Notes: generated by a model from the letters alone, not told the origin. Positions 37,421 through 52,031 are shown, counted from the first letter of the stretch. The stretch is 64,000 nt of DNA from Lytechinus pictus (GCF_037042905.1 NC_087252.1:17982001-18046000); one strand, 5' to 3'. Translations and numbers: made by a program.

Positions 37421-38469
37421 GTAAATCCTTATAGATTAAATGTTTTATCTTCAAAATGTGCAACCTCAACACAGTCTGGAGGGTCTATATAGGCCCCCCT
37501 CCAAAATAAAAAAACTGATGACCGATGGTATTTTACTTTTTTCATCAATTTATATTTTTACAAGAAAGAAGAAAGGTCATCGCTCTACTACCCCCCCCCC
37601 CTCCGCTGAAGTCGATTCCCTGATTTGATAGGCACCCAAAATTCATTCTTTCTCAATATTTACATAGGAAGAAAACTGTTAATACTTGAAGAATCTGGTT
37701 TAAATGTAGCTAAAGTATGAATATGTTGGAGAATATAATCGGATCAGTGTCTCTGTTATGGTAACTCCCGTAAGATCTCGGCAGGACAGCTGTTTGATGG
37801 TATAATGCGGAGCTGGTATATAACCAACTACACAGGAAACATTTTTTGTCTAAGTTAATCAGGCGTAGTGGCTGGCCTTACAGATGACAGAAATTGCTCT
37901 CGGGTCTTTTTCTCAAAGTGGAGACAGTGGCAGGGCGGGGATTATAATTCACATCCTTTAGATTATGAATCCACCAATCTAAACGCTAAACCATATTACC
38001 CGTCTAATCCCAACCCTAAACCCCAACTCTAACCCTAAGCCTGACCTACATGTGAACCCTAACTCTGACCTATTTGGTCTATTATACTGCCGTACTTTGG
38101 CAAAAGGAAGCAAGTTACAAAAGTATCATTTGTTGTAAATGAGCAATGTGTGTTTGTCATTTACGTCGGCGTCAATGCAATTTAACAGCATATTTTCTTC
38201 AATATCTTTCCATAGAACGATAATTTCTTCCCCAAATTTTGCATGAATGTGCAACATACGAAGGGCGTTTCAGAAACAATGATAACTCAAATTTGACTGA
38301 TGTGTCACTTGCTTCCATTTGCCAAAGTTGGGCAGTATAGACCAAGTACTAGAATGCATAAAGTGGAGTGCTCCTGAAGACATGGAGAAGCTGACAGACT
38401 GGAACCCAATTATTAGTTTACATAAAATTGCATTTATAATGTGACATCATTTTCTCTTATTTTCAACAG

Positions 38470-38719
38470 GTATGTGTACGAGGCAGAACCTGGTTCTATC
38501 TCGACGGATCCACTGACCTTGATAATTGGATGCACCATGTCCAGTATGCCAGGAACACTCAAGAACAGAACATGGAAGCCTTCCAGTCCTATGGGGATAT
38601 CTTCTTCCGTATCACCAAACCTATCAAGTCGGGAACAGAGCTTAGAGTCTTCTATAGTCCAGAATACCGGAAGAGGGTTGGATTCAAGACAAGTCTAGAT
38701 GAACTTCATATGGACCAAG
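38470..38719 (+). CDS. PR/SET zinc-finger gene 2, coding exon 4
   Basis: tttcaacag|VCVRGRTWFYLDG...ELRVFYSPEY...DQ G|gtaaat. Confidence 0.95.
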
Positions 38720-39361
38720 GTAAATGGACCGACAAACTTTGGACAATCCCAAGTTGTTATGTTGTGTTATGTTTTGGGAGTTGACCATCCATTTGACCCA
38801 TTTTCTTTATCATACCCCCACCAAACAAAGTTTAAAGGGGGTATAGGAATTGTTGGGTGGTCCATTGCAAATCTTGTGGTTCAAAGTATTTCCTTGGTTT
38901 TTTTAAACCACTCTTCATGAAATTTGGAACACGTTGGGGTAAAGATGTGCATTACACATTTGTCATGTTTCGGGAATAATGTTGCCGTGGGTACAGTATA
39001 TTGCATCACCCTTTCCTTCTGTGATATTTCTAGTTTCAATAACTGAAGAACAGTCTGGTGGGTCAACTTCAAACTTGGTCCAAGTTTGCACAGAGGAGGG
39101 ACAGTGATGGGGCCCATAGTTACACATAGATCATGGTAGAACATTTTTTAACTATCGATTGCACTGACTACAATGGGTGATTTCAAGTTCAGTGTTGACC
39201 TATTGGTGTTGGTGTTAGGTCATTTTTTACATGAGTATATCACCAAACAAAATGAAGATGGTCCTGAAAAGTCACTCATTAGTTGTTGAGGTGTCAATAA
39301 TGTGATCTCGATCAGTTTTACAAACTCAGAATAGATTTTGGAGCTAGGGGAAGCGGTGTTG

Positions 39362-39760
39362 GCTGAGAGCGGTGTTGGCTCAGTCGGTAACGCGTCTGCC
39401 CGTCGAACCAAAGATCGTGGGTTCGAGTCCACCCCGGGCGGATGACTGAAGCCAGTGCGTTGTGTGTAAACGTCTCTCCCATGTTTCATAGATGCAGGCT
39501 ATGTTACAATGGAAAACACTCTGTCCCTCGGATAGGACGTTAAATGGAGGCCCCGTGTAGAGGAGAGTCACCACCTTTGCACGTTAAGAACCCACTGCAC
39601 TATTCGTATAAGAGTAGGGGGAAACCCCGGTGTAGTGGTCCACCTGCATTCCCCCAATTAGTTATATCGGGAGGAGAGACCTGCGGGTCATAGTGATTCA
39701 GTTCGCTTTTCGCCTCCCAGGCACAGGTGAAGCCAAACAAATAATAACAAATAATCATTA
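39362..39760 (+). mobile_element. tRNA-headed SINE with Deu/Nin-type central domain
   Basis: Box A tggctcagtcgg (39376) and box B ggttcgagtcc (39420). The central ggacgttaaa..gaggcccc..gcacgttaagaacccactgcactattcg..aagagtagggg..ccccggtgt resembles the Deu domain. A-rich repeat tail. Confidence 0.8.
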
Positions 39761-41547
39761 CGTCAGACCCCCATTTGCAGAAATACCGCAGTTCAGATTG
39801 CAAACTGCGGTATTAGACCCCATTTTGCATTTGAAATCTAAAAAATCATTTCCAAGCCCTGGGGTCGTTTCATAAAGCTGTTCGTAAGTTAAGAGCGACT
39901 TTAACAACGACTGGTGATCATCGCCAATGGTTTGTACCATTTACCGCAAGACAGGATCACCAGTCGCTCTTAACTTACAAACAGCTTTATGAAACACCCG
40001 CCTGATCAACCCCGCTTGGCCAGGTAATCCCCCACAGGCCAGATTATGAGCGTTGAGCCAAGGACGAAATTATAAACAACAGCTGTGCTATTACGTAAGT
40101 CTTCTCTGCCTGTAGAAGGACCTTCGGAATTAAATTATTGTATTCGATATTTAATCACGTTTTCAAAGGCATATTGTATTCAGAAATTCAATGCTAGCCC
40201 ATTTTCAATTTCGAACGAAGAAAATCAACCTCGAAATAAGGAAAGTAAGTGAATAAAAAATGGCGACATGTTTTCCCGGACCGCACTCGGGCTGTTGCGT
40301 TATCTTCAGACCGAGGTCAAGAAACAGGTGTTTTGATACTTACATTGCATGCCTGGGGCAGTAGGGTTTTCGTACTTGGAGAAGAGAATTCATTGAGAAA
40401 AACTGGGGTATAGTGTTCTCAAATGGAGGTTTTTCGTCATGAATGATAATCCAAATTGTGCTTCCAACACCAACACCGGAATTGAAATCACCCAATGTAC
40501 AATCAATCGTGAAATTCAAGCGAACGAATAATCGCAAATCTTTGTGTTACCAGACCCAGATTAGTTTTCGGGATATCAATGTCAAAGGTAATTGAGGACA
40601 TTATATACCCGAAAATATATTGTTCTCGCGGTAACCAGTAAAAGAACCATCTGATGGTACAATTCATTGACAAAAAAATTATTTAGTCCCTGTAATGCTC
40701 AAAAGAGCCCTGGGGGCCGTTTCATGAAGCTGTTCGTATAAAGTTAAGAGTTACTTTAAGAACGACTGGTGAAACTTATGCGCTAAACCATCGCCAATGA
40801 ACATTTTGGTATATACTATTTACCACAAGAAATGATCACCAGTCGTTCTTAAAGTCGCTCTTAACTTACGAAGAGCTTTATGAAACACCCACCTGGAAAC
40901 TCAAAAAGGAGCCTAGAAAAATCCCCTCTATTGCAATGAAGCTTATCCAATGTTGCAGATTTAGGAAGTAAGCTGTGAAAAGTGGCCCCCAAAAATAAAA
41001 AAGTGCCTAGTACAGTTTCAGAACTGTCTCATACACAAGTACGTATTGGAGGGGCAATGATCTGATTAGATTGTGCTGAGCTAGAACTGCCAGAAGTATT
41101 ATTTGAAAAATATTGTGTCTTTACCCATGTCTGATGTTATTCAGGGGGAAATTACACACGGGCTTGGGACGATTTCGCCTCTGATAAATCTCTATTTGCT
41201 ACAAAGTTGTAGAGCTTATACAATGTTGCAGATATTAGCAGTAGGTTATGAAAAGTACTAGTAGCCCCTGAAATTGAAAAAGCAATGTTTTCCTTGGTGT
41301 TATTCCAAAAGTTCCATATAGTGTTGGTCGATATTTTTATTTCAGTGTTAGTCGATTACCGCCAGCAAAATGCCACCAATAAGACATTATACTGCCAAGT
41401 CTGAAAATTCATTATATACATGTACCTCCGTTAGGAGATGCAATTCCATGAGAGTTGGGGTCTTGGGGAGGGGTTATTGAAAGGATGGCTTACATTGGTG
41501 TTTTTCCATGAAAACTTACCAACTTACAACGTTCTGAGTTAGTCTAA

Positions 41548-41768
41548 GGGGGTGTTGCAAGAAAGTATTTGCAATCAATCGCAAATATTGTGTTTTAATT
41601 TTACAATTGATTGATCACTTTAAGCTATAGCAAATCAGATTACACTCCTTGTTTAATGGAGCGGATTAGCAATCAATTGCAAATTTGCAATATTAATTAC
41701 ACGGCATATGCTTGATTTCGGGAATGAAAATAGACTTGTAATTGATCGCAAGTTTCTTGCAACACCCC
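41548..41768. mobile_element. MITE with TIR ggggtgttgcaagaaa
   Basis: ggggtgttgcaagaaa ... tttcttgcaacacccc. Confidence 0.75.
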
Positions 41769-41937
41769 ATTGATAAAGCAATACAGAGCAGTATTTTGAT
41801 CAACAAAATAGTGACTTACTTCTCATAATTGACAACAATTCGATCGTATTGTGTTACTGCGATATATCAACATAATCACAAAAATTTCAATACTTTTCTA
41901 TCGAAAAATTTTGATAATGAAATATCACCCTGCACTA

Positions 41938-42130
41938 TTGTGGTGCTCAAAAGCTATTGAACCCAACCAGAAAATGAACATATTTCAAGTATTCAGGAGA
42001 TAAAATATTACATTCAATGAAGTTTATTCATCTTGGTTCGCCGAACATTGGCATGTTGTTGCCTACATTCAACACTCAGCATGAAGGATTGCATTTTGTG
42101 GTGGGGTTCACTAACTTTTGAGCACTACTG
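41938..42130. mobile_element. Small Tc1-like MITE
   Basis: gtggtgctcaaaagctattgaaccc ... gggttcactaacttttgagcactactg|ta. Confidence 0.6.
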
Positions 42131-42200
42131 TATATCAACTGCCATTGTATTTGCAGAGGTTTTATTTTCCTGTGTCATTCCTTCATTCTCTTGCCAATAG

Positions 42201-43579
42201 ATAACCAAATGTTCCAGTGTCAAGACTGTAAGTACCGTTACACCAATGCCAAGAGCCTCTCAAGACATCTCAAGTTTGAGCATGACAAGGAGAACTTCCG
42301 CAGTCGGGTTGACTCTAGGGTCAGTATCCAATCTCAGCCCTCTACGACATCAAGGATTGAAATCATCGCTTCCGGACTGAAGAAGCAAGCAACGACTGCC
42401 AAGGTGGCAGCAGAGAAGCTTATTGCCAAGGACAATAAGAACAAACAATTCCTGCAGGTAAAACTTCAGCCTTTGAGTACAGGGAACAAGGACACAACAG
42501 GTGCCAATCAGGACAATGCAAGAGCAGAGACAGACATGAAGCCGTTTCGTTGTAAGAGATGCAGGAAGTTGTTCCCATCAGAAGGACTCCTGAGACAGCA
42601 CCTTGCTTTTCACCGGGAGATGAAGAAAATCAAACCCATATGCAAGGTGTGTGGACTGGAGTGTAAGCATGAGACAGCACTCAAGCAGCACCTGCTTTCG
42701 CACGATTCCTCATCATTCCAATGCCCCAAATGCCAGAGGTTTCTAAAAGCGAAGAAAGACTTCGTTCGGCATCTTAGGAGGAAACATAACATGGTTGTTA
42801 GGACAGAGACGACAGCCAAAATGGAGGATAAGAAAGCAAGGTATGTTGGACCTGAGAAGGATACTGAGGAACAGGCTGAGGCTTTCCATCCTGAACTCTC
42901 CAAGGACATGCTCGGAAAGCGAATACTGTTAACCACCAAGAAAGCAAAGGTGTTCAAGTGTAAGTACTGCCCTCAAAAGTTTACCTCCTTCACGCAAGTC
43001 AACAGACATGAATTGACTGTACATAAAAACAGTGGTCAATTCAAGTGCGAGTTCTGTAGCCAGACGTTTACCCACAAGGACAGGTTTATGGTTCACAGGC
43101 GAAAACACACCTTAGATCGCCCTTTCAAGTGTGAGGAGTGCCCACGCTCCTTCTCTTCAGAGAGCGCCCTCAAGAACCACCTTCCAGAACACCGGGGTGA
43201 ACGACCCCATAAGTGCGATGTCTGCGGAAAGGGGTTCCGGACCCGATTGAACATGACTAACCACAGGCGGCGCATGCACGTGCCACCGACCGTGGTGCTT
43301 AAATGCAGCTTCTGCGATAAGACATTCAAGGACAAAGCCGGACTTTCACGACACGAACAGCGCCACAAGGGGATCCGGCCCCACGTTTGTTTAACCTGTG
43401 GATCTGCCTTTGGCGCAAAGTATACGCTGCAATCTCACATGCGGATACATACGGGGGAAAAGCCATTTGAATGTCCAGTGTGTAAGAAAAAGTTTAGCCA
43501 AAGGCATCACCTTTCCACCCATATGGTATGTCATGATGACAAAGGATCAACTGGTAACCTTGGTCAAGAAAAGGGTTAG
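42201..43579 (+). CDS. PR/SET zinc-finger gene 2, coding exon 5 (11 C2H2 fingers); full protein about 841 aa
   Basis: gccaatag|AT AAC CAA ATG. 11 C2H2 motifs, stop TAG. Summed exons are 2526 nt in frame. Confidence 0.97.
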
Positions 43580-46317
43580 GTAACATTATGGATCCAACAT
43601 TGCACATGGGACAAACAGGCCTGATTACTACCTTAATCATATATTATGAATCCTCTTTAAAAGGTTGTTCAAGACTATCGTGAGAACAATATATTTTCAT
43701 GTATTAAATGCCCTTCATGAACTTTGACCTTGATACCCTGAAAACTAATCTGGGTCCAGGAACACAAAGGCTAGTGATTAATCTTTTGCCTGATCTTCAT
43801 GGTTAAGTATACTCTGAAGTCAAAGCAATTAATCATAAACAAATGTTCTATGATGAATGCTAAGCTTTGTGTTACGGGTTTCCATGACATTTGCTCTGGT
43901 GACAATTGCTCCACTGCAAATTAATGGAATGACCAACTTCAACCCTGGATTTAACACTATACCCTATCCTAAACCTAATATAAAGCGCTATTGCAACCCT
44001 TACCCTTTATCTTTGATGAAATACAGCCCAGAGCAATTGATGCAGGAGCAAATGTGTCACCTATTACGGGCCCCCGAATTTGCTATACAGGTAGATTTGC
44101 CAGACATTGCAATATTAACTTACATGTATGTGTTTAGAAAATGTTATTGATGTTTCCACTAAGTTTGGTGTGGTCAACATCAGGTTTAATTCAAACTCTG
44201 GTCTTAAGTTATGGTTTATCTATGGATAGCCAGCTGTGACATAAATCTCTAACCATTATAAGGTTCAGGCTATCAGACTTTCAAGCCATTCTTAATTGTG
44301 TGGGAAAGGTTAAATGATCTGTCTTTACCATTAAAGAACTATGAAAGAGCACAGTAAGCATAAGAAACGTGATGTAAACAAAATGTTGACCAATTTGGCT
44401 TCCCATACTTTTAGAAGATAGTTACATGTAGACCATGGCCTAAGTTAAACCAGACTTCAGAATACAGGCGATTGGGTGGTGTTTTGAGTTTGATTTAAGT
44501 TATGTAAAGTGATTGGTTAACATTGGTTTGACTTTTAAAAAATCTGAGCTGGAAGGTCACACTTGTCACCTGTGTCTGTGATATGTTACAAAGATGAAGC
44601 CCAGAAAAAATTGCGTTCGAAAATAATTATTTAGTGCTTCAAAAATTGAAATATAAAGTGACCAAAAACACCATCTTAATATCATCCCATACGCTTATGT
44701 GTACTATTTAGGCATCTATAAGATGCCTATTTACAAAATCGGGGTTTGCCTTGTAGTTTTAGCTTTTCATTCTCAATAATGGTTGTTTTCAGGGTTTATT
44801 AGTTCTAATACATGCACTTGTACACATGTTTCATCTTGGTTTGAGAATTTTTTTAATCGGCTGCTCACAAAGTTAAACAATACCTTTAACCTAGGTCAAC
44901 TTAGAGCACACTTTTATGGACTCCTGTATGTCAACTCATTCACCAAGTAAAAATAATTCTAATCCTGCAGGAAAAAGTTGCCCCAAAAATTGTTTTGTAA
45001 TAAAAATAAGGAGATGAGAATACAATGAATGTCAATGAATTAATTGGTACATCATCTTTGCCATGAATATGGAAGAAGTATTGTGAAACTTGGTATTCGA
45101 TAGAAGCATTGTCTAAAATTCTAGTTTACACTAAGCAGGGAATAATTTTCCTGGTATCGCATCGCATTTTGTATAGCATATTTTTACAGAGGACTGTACA
45201 TTACTTAGTTAAGAGCTTTTCTCTTAACTAACCTTACATTGTAAATGCAATTCAAATTTTTAAAGCAAAATTTTTCCTGCTAAGGCTAAATTTAGTTATA
45301 ATAATGCAGGCCATTATATTTCCTCCATGAAAACACTCAATAATTATCTTGTTATTGTAATATATATATTCATATCAACATACAGTACAGTTCAAAGGAA
45401 TACCTGGGGCCCGTCTTACAAAGAGTTGTGATTGATCTGATCAATCGCAACTATGGAAAGCCAGCAAAGTCAACATATAAACTGCATGTTCGCTAAAAAA
45501 TTTCTCTACATATGAATATATATCTATAAATTCATTGATTTCTTGACAATCTAGTGTGTTCTCCTTTGTTTACAAACAACATTTTGCTAATTTAATGTAG
45601 AAAAAATTATGACCCTGATGGATTTCCATAGAGTTACGATTGATTGGATCAATCGTAACTCTTTGTAAGATGGGGCCCTGGTTGCTATAGGTCTCCAGGA
45701 AAGAAATGCGCATAAATTTGAAATCACTAAAACTGGCCTATTACGCTCAACAATCTCGATGCACATGCACATTGTACAAGTCATTTGTATTACAGGTGTG
45801 TAGTCAGGATGCATGTACATGCATGTACATTTCTGATCATATAATATACCCATTCGATGACTAGTCTTGCCTTCTTCACTGTCTGACCCAATTGTTCGAG
45901 TCGGTACAATGTCTCAGTAACACACACACAAGTGAAAGTTCTAGTAGCAAATCGCACAATTTAAAAACATTTTTATATGAGCTGTCCTGATTTTTGTGTG
46001 AAATCATTGCTGAGAAAGTAATTGTCCAAATTCTGTGAATCATATTGGGACAGTTATTACCAACTTATTAACTTTAAAATGTTTTATTTTTTGATAACTT
46101 TAATATGATACCGTCCTGGGGATATCACATGCCATGTTCTTGCTTATTTTCAGTGCAATATACCGTTATATATCTATCCCACTGTCGACAGTTTCGAAAA
46201 ATCTTGGGGGTCAGGGTAAAGGAAATAGCCCCCCCCCCCCTCCCCCTCATTTGATGATACGGTTAATGTAGTATTGCTTGCATGCAGATTACCTATACAG
46301 TAGAATATGGACATATA

Positions 46318-46743
46318 GGCCCGAATTCAGAAAGGTGGTTTTGAAAACCAACGGTTGAATCCATGGTTTATGCAGATTTCCTGTATAAATTACGCTTAAT
46401 TTAGCGCGTAACGGGCGCGTGGATAACAAATGTCCAATGCTGATGCGCGATTTTGTCACAGTGCGCCAAATTGACGCCTGTTACCATGGTTAGATACGCT
46501 ATTTTATTAATGAGTCCACTGTTTGAAGAGTGGACTCATTAATTCAAAACAGTGGATTCATGAATAAAATAGCGTGGATAACCATGGCAACAGGCGTCAA
46601 TTTGGCGCACTGCGACAAAAGCGCGCATCAGCATTGGACATTTTTTAATATACGCGGTAAAATAAGCGTAATTTATACAGGAAATATGCATAAACCATGG
46701 ACTCAACCGTGGGTTTTCAAAACCACCTTTGTGAATTCGGGCC
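46318..46743. mobile_element. ~425-bp near-perfect palindromic MITE; second copy at ~61334-61759
   Basis: ggcccgaattcagaaaggtggttttgaaaacc ... ggttttcaaaaccacctttgtgaattcgggcc. Confidence 0.85.
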
Positions 46744-49700
46744 GTAGATGTGAATGTAGTACATTCATTGTACTAGAGTATATTTTGGATTTTGAATGTA
46801 TTCATACTTATTTTGTAAATTCAGTATCATGTTATAAAACATGTATGTTGTAATTAAAATCCACATGAAACTTTAAATGGATTCTTTGCAAGTCTTGTAA
46901 AATCTATCAACGGGCGGGGATTTTTTTTTATTGTGATTATTAATTTTTATAGGGTTAATATTTACCATGATTTAATGAAAATAAACCATATTGGGCTAAA
47001 AATAGATTGATCTTGTAATACTGGATCTTGTATTGCTGGTCGATATTTTAAATATTGATTGATATTGATTTAAATGTTAGTAGATTACCGCTGAGTCTGA
47101 AAATTGATTACATATGTTCATTATCAGCTGCAATTCCGAAAATGAAAGTAAAGCTTTCATCGGTGATTGTCCATGAAAAGCCGTCATTTGGGTACCAACT
47201 TACATAGTTCTAAGTTGGTTAAAAGCACTACAAAGCAGCAAAATGGTCAATTAATAGTGATTAACTTTTCATAATTCAGGGGCAGCGGAACGTTTTTCAA
47301 AGTGGGGAGAGGGGGGAGGGCTGACCAAGCAAAAAATCACAATCCTATGGTCACTTTTACGTTTTGTACGTGGTTTTTGAAAAAAGTTAGGGGGCTGAAG
47401 CCCCCCTCTCCCAAGGTCAAAATGCAGGCTTATTTCAGTTCAACTTTTTCTGCCGAGGCCCCTGGAGTATGCCCTTCATTTGTGCTCTTCCTCATTATAA
47501 CAATCTTGGAAAGTTATTACAATTGGACTGAGGCCGGGTTATTTCAGTGAATTCACAGATAATGATCTTTGATAACATACACTCTAATAAATTTCAAGGA
47601 TTTAAAATAAATCCAGATCAGCTGTGAATAGTGACCAGTAGAATTTTGAATTTATTTTAATCCTTGAGGATTAACTTTTAAATTTCAAAAGATTTAAAAT
47701 TCAAATCTTTTAGATTTATATTTAAATCAACAAGGTTTAAATCCTTGGAATTTAGAGTGTACCTCTGGTAGAAAGTTAACCTGTCCTGTGACTAGTGATG
47801 TCGAGTTCTACAAAAATTGCCCTTTTCCCCCCATTTTATTTGTTTACTTGATTGTCTTGAACTGATTGTAGTCAACATCCAAAACAAGATTTTTTTTTGC
47901 TTTTTGTTTTGCCCAGGTATGTCATATACCAATTTAAGGTCAAGTCCACCCCAGAAAATTGTTAATTTGAATCAATTGAGAAAAATCATACAAGCATAAT
48001 GCTGACAATTTTATTAAAATCGGATGTAAAACAAGAAAGTTATGACATTTTTAAGTTTCACTTATTTTTCACAAAATAGCTATATGCAAAATTTAGTCAC
48101 ATGTCCCTCACTATTTTGTTTTTTTTATAGTTTGAATTATACAATATTTCAATTTTCACATATTTGAAAAAAGGACCAACTTGACTCAACCATAAAATGT
48201 TAAACAATGTTAATTCCACATGTTCAGGGAGAAATAAAACTTTGTTTCACAAAACAATGAGAGAAAATTAGAATATTTCATGTAATACAATACAAAGGAA
48301 AGAGTGAGTGATGTCATCAGTCCCCTCATTTGCATACCGACCGCGATGTGCATATAACTGTTTTGTGAAATTAAGCAAAATTTTAAAATCTATCTTTCTT
48401 ATTTTACATCCGATTTTGTTGAAATTTTCAGTTTTATGCCTGTTGGATTTTTATCTTTTTATTCAAATCGACTTTTTGTTGGGGTGAACTTTTCGATCCT
48501 TTAATGAATATAATCATTGTAGATCGTACTAATGAATCATATGAACATTGAAGAAACGGCATGACAATTCGGATATTGTTATATAATTAGATCCTGATGA
48601 GATTGTCGATGCAAGATGGAATGAAGATGATGGTACCTGTATATTTCTAGTTCAACATCCCCCCCTCCTAAAGTGTTAACTTTCCTGGACTTTGAGACTC
48701 GAAATAATGTTTCAACTAGAAAATAGAGGAGAAGAAGAAAAAGAGGAATAATTTATGCAAGAAAGAAGCAGAAAGATGATAAAATTAAAAGATATATATT
48801 TTACTGGTGTACTTGCATATATAATCCCCCTTTCAATGAAATAACATTATGTCGCCTACCTGTTGGTCCCCACCCCCCCCCCCCACCCTTACCATGCAGT
48901 CCATGGAGGATTATTGTTTGTGGCACAGTGCGGTGACGTTATCAATATTGTTAACATTTCTAGTAACGAAGTATATGTTCTCTCTTGATCTCAAAGGGGG
49001 GTGCAAGTTGCCTCAGTCCGAGGAGATTGAACAATAAAAACAGAACAAACGAAAACAATAAAAAGGCAAAATTATTCATATCGGATACCAGCTCTATATT
49101 ATTTAAGGGCTCCAAGTCCACCCCCCCCCCCTCCCAAAAAAAAAAGGAGCAATTTTTTTTTTATTTAAAAAAGCAACAAAAATTACATATAATTGTTATA
49201 ATAGAAGAAAACAATAATAGTCATAATTTGATGGATTTGCAATAACAATCACAAACCAACAAAAAATGAATAGACAAAGACTGAAAGAGTCTACTTTTTT
49301 CGTTTTTGTTTTGCGCTGTTTATTTTTCCACGGCTTCAATTTTTGTGCGGTACGTTACGTCCGTCCACAGACAAGTACACGGGTCCACTGCACTGGAACG
49401 TCATGCATACACTATTAAAGGCACAGCCTGATTGCAGCAGTGAACAATTGTTAAAGTGAGCAAGTGATTAAAGGTAAAAGAAAGTAGTTGCAACACTAAC
49501 AGTTATTTCGTGAGAAAGTCTTCAAAATCAAGGTCAATTGCCACCATATTGTTATAGATCTAGATCTTGAAATAAAGTTGTCTTCGTGAAATCATGAAAT
49601 TTAGCTGAAAACCGATGGGCCTAATCAGTCTGATGATCAATAATAACACAAAAAAGCATATGTGGGACAGTGTACAGCGGGATGTCGAAAAGAAGTGAGT

Positions 49701-50300
49701 GAGAGAAAGGGTGGGGGGGGGGTGATAAAATGAGTGAGACAGAAACAGTGGTGGGAAAAATGAGTCAGACAGACAGTGATGAAAATGAGAGAGGGAGGGG
49801 AAAGAAAGAGACCCACACAGGAAAATGAATGAGAGAGAGACAGACGAACAGTGTCAGTGGGGAAAATGAAACTAAAGTGAGTAAAGAGAGACAGACAGTG
49901 GGAAAAATGAGAGAGACTGTGGGAAAATCAGAGACAGATAGATCTCGAGAAATTATAAAGAATACGAAGAGCGAGATGTTAATTGTGATAAAATTAAAAG
50001 ATTAAGATTTGCATTGTATGGCTTCCATTAGCTTCACTTCTTTAGTTAAGTCTCTGTATTTTGGTTCCGCTGAACTGCTTTGGCTCCACTCACCAATTAA
50101 AGTAAAATGTCAGAAATTGTTTAATAAATCCCCAGAAATGACAGTTATTCCTGTCTAGGCTTCCATGGGCCTTTTAAATGTTTTTTTAAGTAGCCTAGGC
50201 TAGGGCTAGGCTATAATATAGATTTCTAGATCTAGAATCTTTTCAGTAACGTTAAGTTCTCTCGGCCTAGACAGGAATTTCCGTCATTTCTGGGGATTTA

Positions 50301-50881
50301 TCCGGGGGGGGGGGGGGGGGACCACTTCCATTGACGGGTGGATACCATGCGCAACCAAGGGGTCTCGAAAAGTACCCAAAACACGTATTTTCCATATTCT
50401 GAAAATGCACCCCTTAACAAGTATTGGCGTCTGAAACCCTACCCTTAACAAGTATTGGAAACAAACCGATAATCTTGGCAAGTATTCCCTGAAGTGAACC
50501 CCTAAACAAGTACAGCGATATTTTATTGTTATGTCACGGGTCCGTCGGTCGTCAGTTTTACCTTTACAGTTTACACACCATTTGGTTTAGTACGGCCCCA
50601 GCTTCCACACCTCGCGCAAATCGGACTCTACACACGTAGTGTTGGTGCAAAAAGGACATCCTTTATAAAACATTTTAATTTTGTTTTATCATCCCCGCAA
50701 ATTTGACCCTAAACAGGTAGCTTTCCTAGCGAAATAGATTTTTTTTTCATTATTTTTGTGTTTTTGACACCCTTATCACGTTACGTACGTAACGTGCCAT
50801 ATCTTGAAAAAGACATCCTTTTTACGTGTTTTTTTTGGTCGCGCATGGTATCCCCTCGTCAATGTAAGTGGCCCCCCCAGG
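50301..50881. mobile_element. Second copy of the 13442-14001 MITE
   Basis: Highly similar body and the same TIR, flanked by the 8-bp direct repeat ggatttat. Confidence 0.85.
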
Positions 50882-51495
50882 GGATTTATTTAACAACTTC
50901 TGACATTTTTGTTAGACTCCAATCTTGCTTTTGATACTATACATATTCTAAGAAAATATCTAAAATATACATTACCGACGATTTATTCCTTTAAAAAAAA
51001 TTTCTGCCGGAGAGGAAAAAATGGCAGCCGTGTGTTGCTGCCCTCTACTTTCAACAAGTTGTGCTTTAATCAAGCCTTTCCAATTAGAATTTTTGAAATC
51101 CTGGATAATCAACGGTCGGCATGATTCCATGCATGCTTTGTATTTCGCTGACCCGAGAGAGGTAAAAGGGACTGGGAACTTTGAAGCTCTACTCAGGGCT
51201 GCGAATAGGAATGCAAAATAGTTATGAATTAAAAAAAAATTAAATAATGCGACCAAAATACCACAAACAAACCCCTCATGACAATCTGCGAACAATTTAA
51301 CCATGTTTAGAAAAAAATTCCTGCTCGATGGAGTGGAAATCCACGTAGAAAAGCGCCGTCAAACAAACGGAAGGACACACAAGATTAGCCAAATTATAGT
51401 AAGGATTGTTATTATTATTACACCCCACATAATTATTTCTATTCTCTCTTTATTTTTCAGTTTAAAACAGCAGAGGCAGGGTCTCTGTTTGGGCA

Positions 51496-51653
51496 ATGGA
51501 GTACAATTACATTCATGACCAGCAGGAAACCCGTTCGAACCAAGAAAGCGGCCAAGGGCAACCTCAGATTCAGCCTCCACTTCAGTACCATCATCACCAG
51601 CAGTATCCTCCACCACCACACCATGCTATCCAGTCAGGGTACCATGGACTTAG
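51496..51653 (+). CDS. PR/SET zinc-finger gene 3, coding exon 1
   Basis: Acceptor tttttcag|51461; MEYNYIHDQQETRSNQ...GYHGLR; donor AG|gttagt (phase 2). Confidence 0.82.
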
Positions 51654-52031
51654 GTTAGTATACAATACCATCACCAGCAGTACCCTCTATAAAACCATTC
51701 TATAATGACAGGGTGCCATGGATTCGGGTAGGCTATACCTTACCTACACCAGCAGTACCCTCCAACACACCATGCTATCCAGTCAGGGTACCATAAATAT
51801 AGACTCACGTTATTAAACATTACCATCACCAGCAGTACCCTCCAACACACCATGCTATACTGACAAGGTACCATTGACGTGGGGTAGTATACTATACCAT
51901 CACCAGCAGTACCCTCCAACACACCATACTATACAGACAGGATACCATGGACTCAGTATACACTATCATCACCAGCAGTACCCTCCAACACACCATGCTA
52001 TACAGACAGGGTACCATGGACTCCGGTTAGC
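51594..52031 (+). repeat. Exon-1-derived minisatellite in intron 1 of gene 3 (about 5 extra copies)
   Basis: Repeated caccagcagtaccctccaacacaccatgctat..agggtaccatgga. Confidence 0.88.

Noticed and set aside
37980..38070. Telomere-like taaccc repeats
   Set aside because: Short and highly degenerate, most likely part of an old repeat.
39365..39440. tRNA gene
   Set aside because: The tRNA-like head continues into a SINE body with no T-run terminator and no convincing acceptor stem.
51021..51161. Extra upstream coding exon for gene 3 (MAAVCCC...)
   Set aside because: Its phase-0 donor is out of frame with all nearby acceptors before ATG 51496, and there is no homolog in genes 1 or 2. At most it is a 5' UTR exon or uORF.
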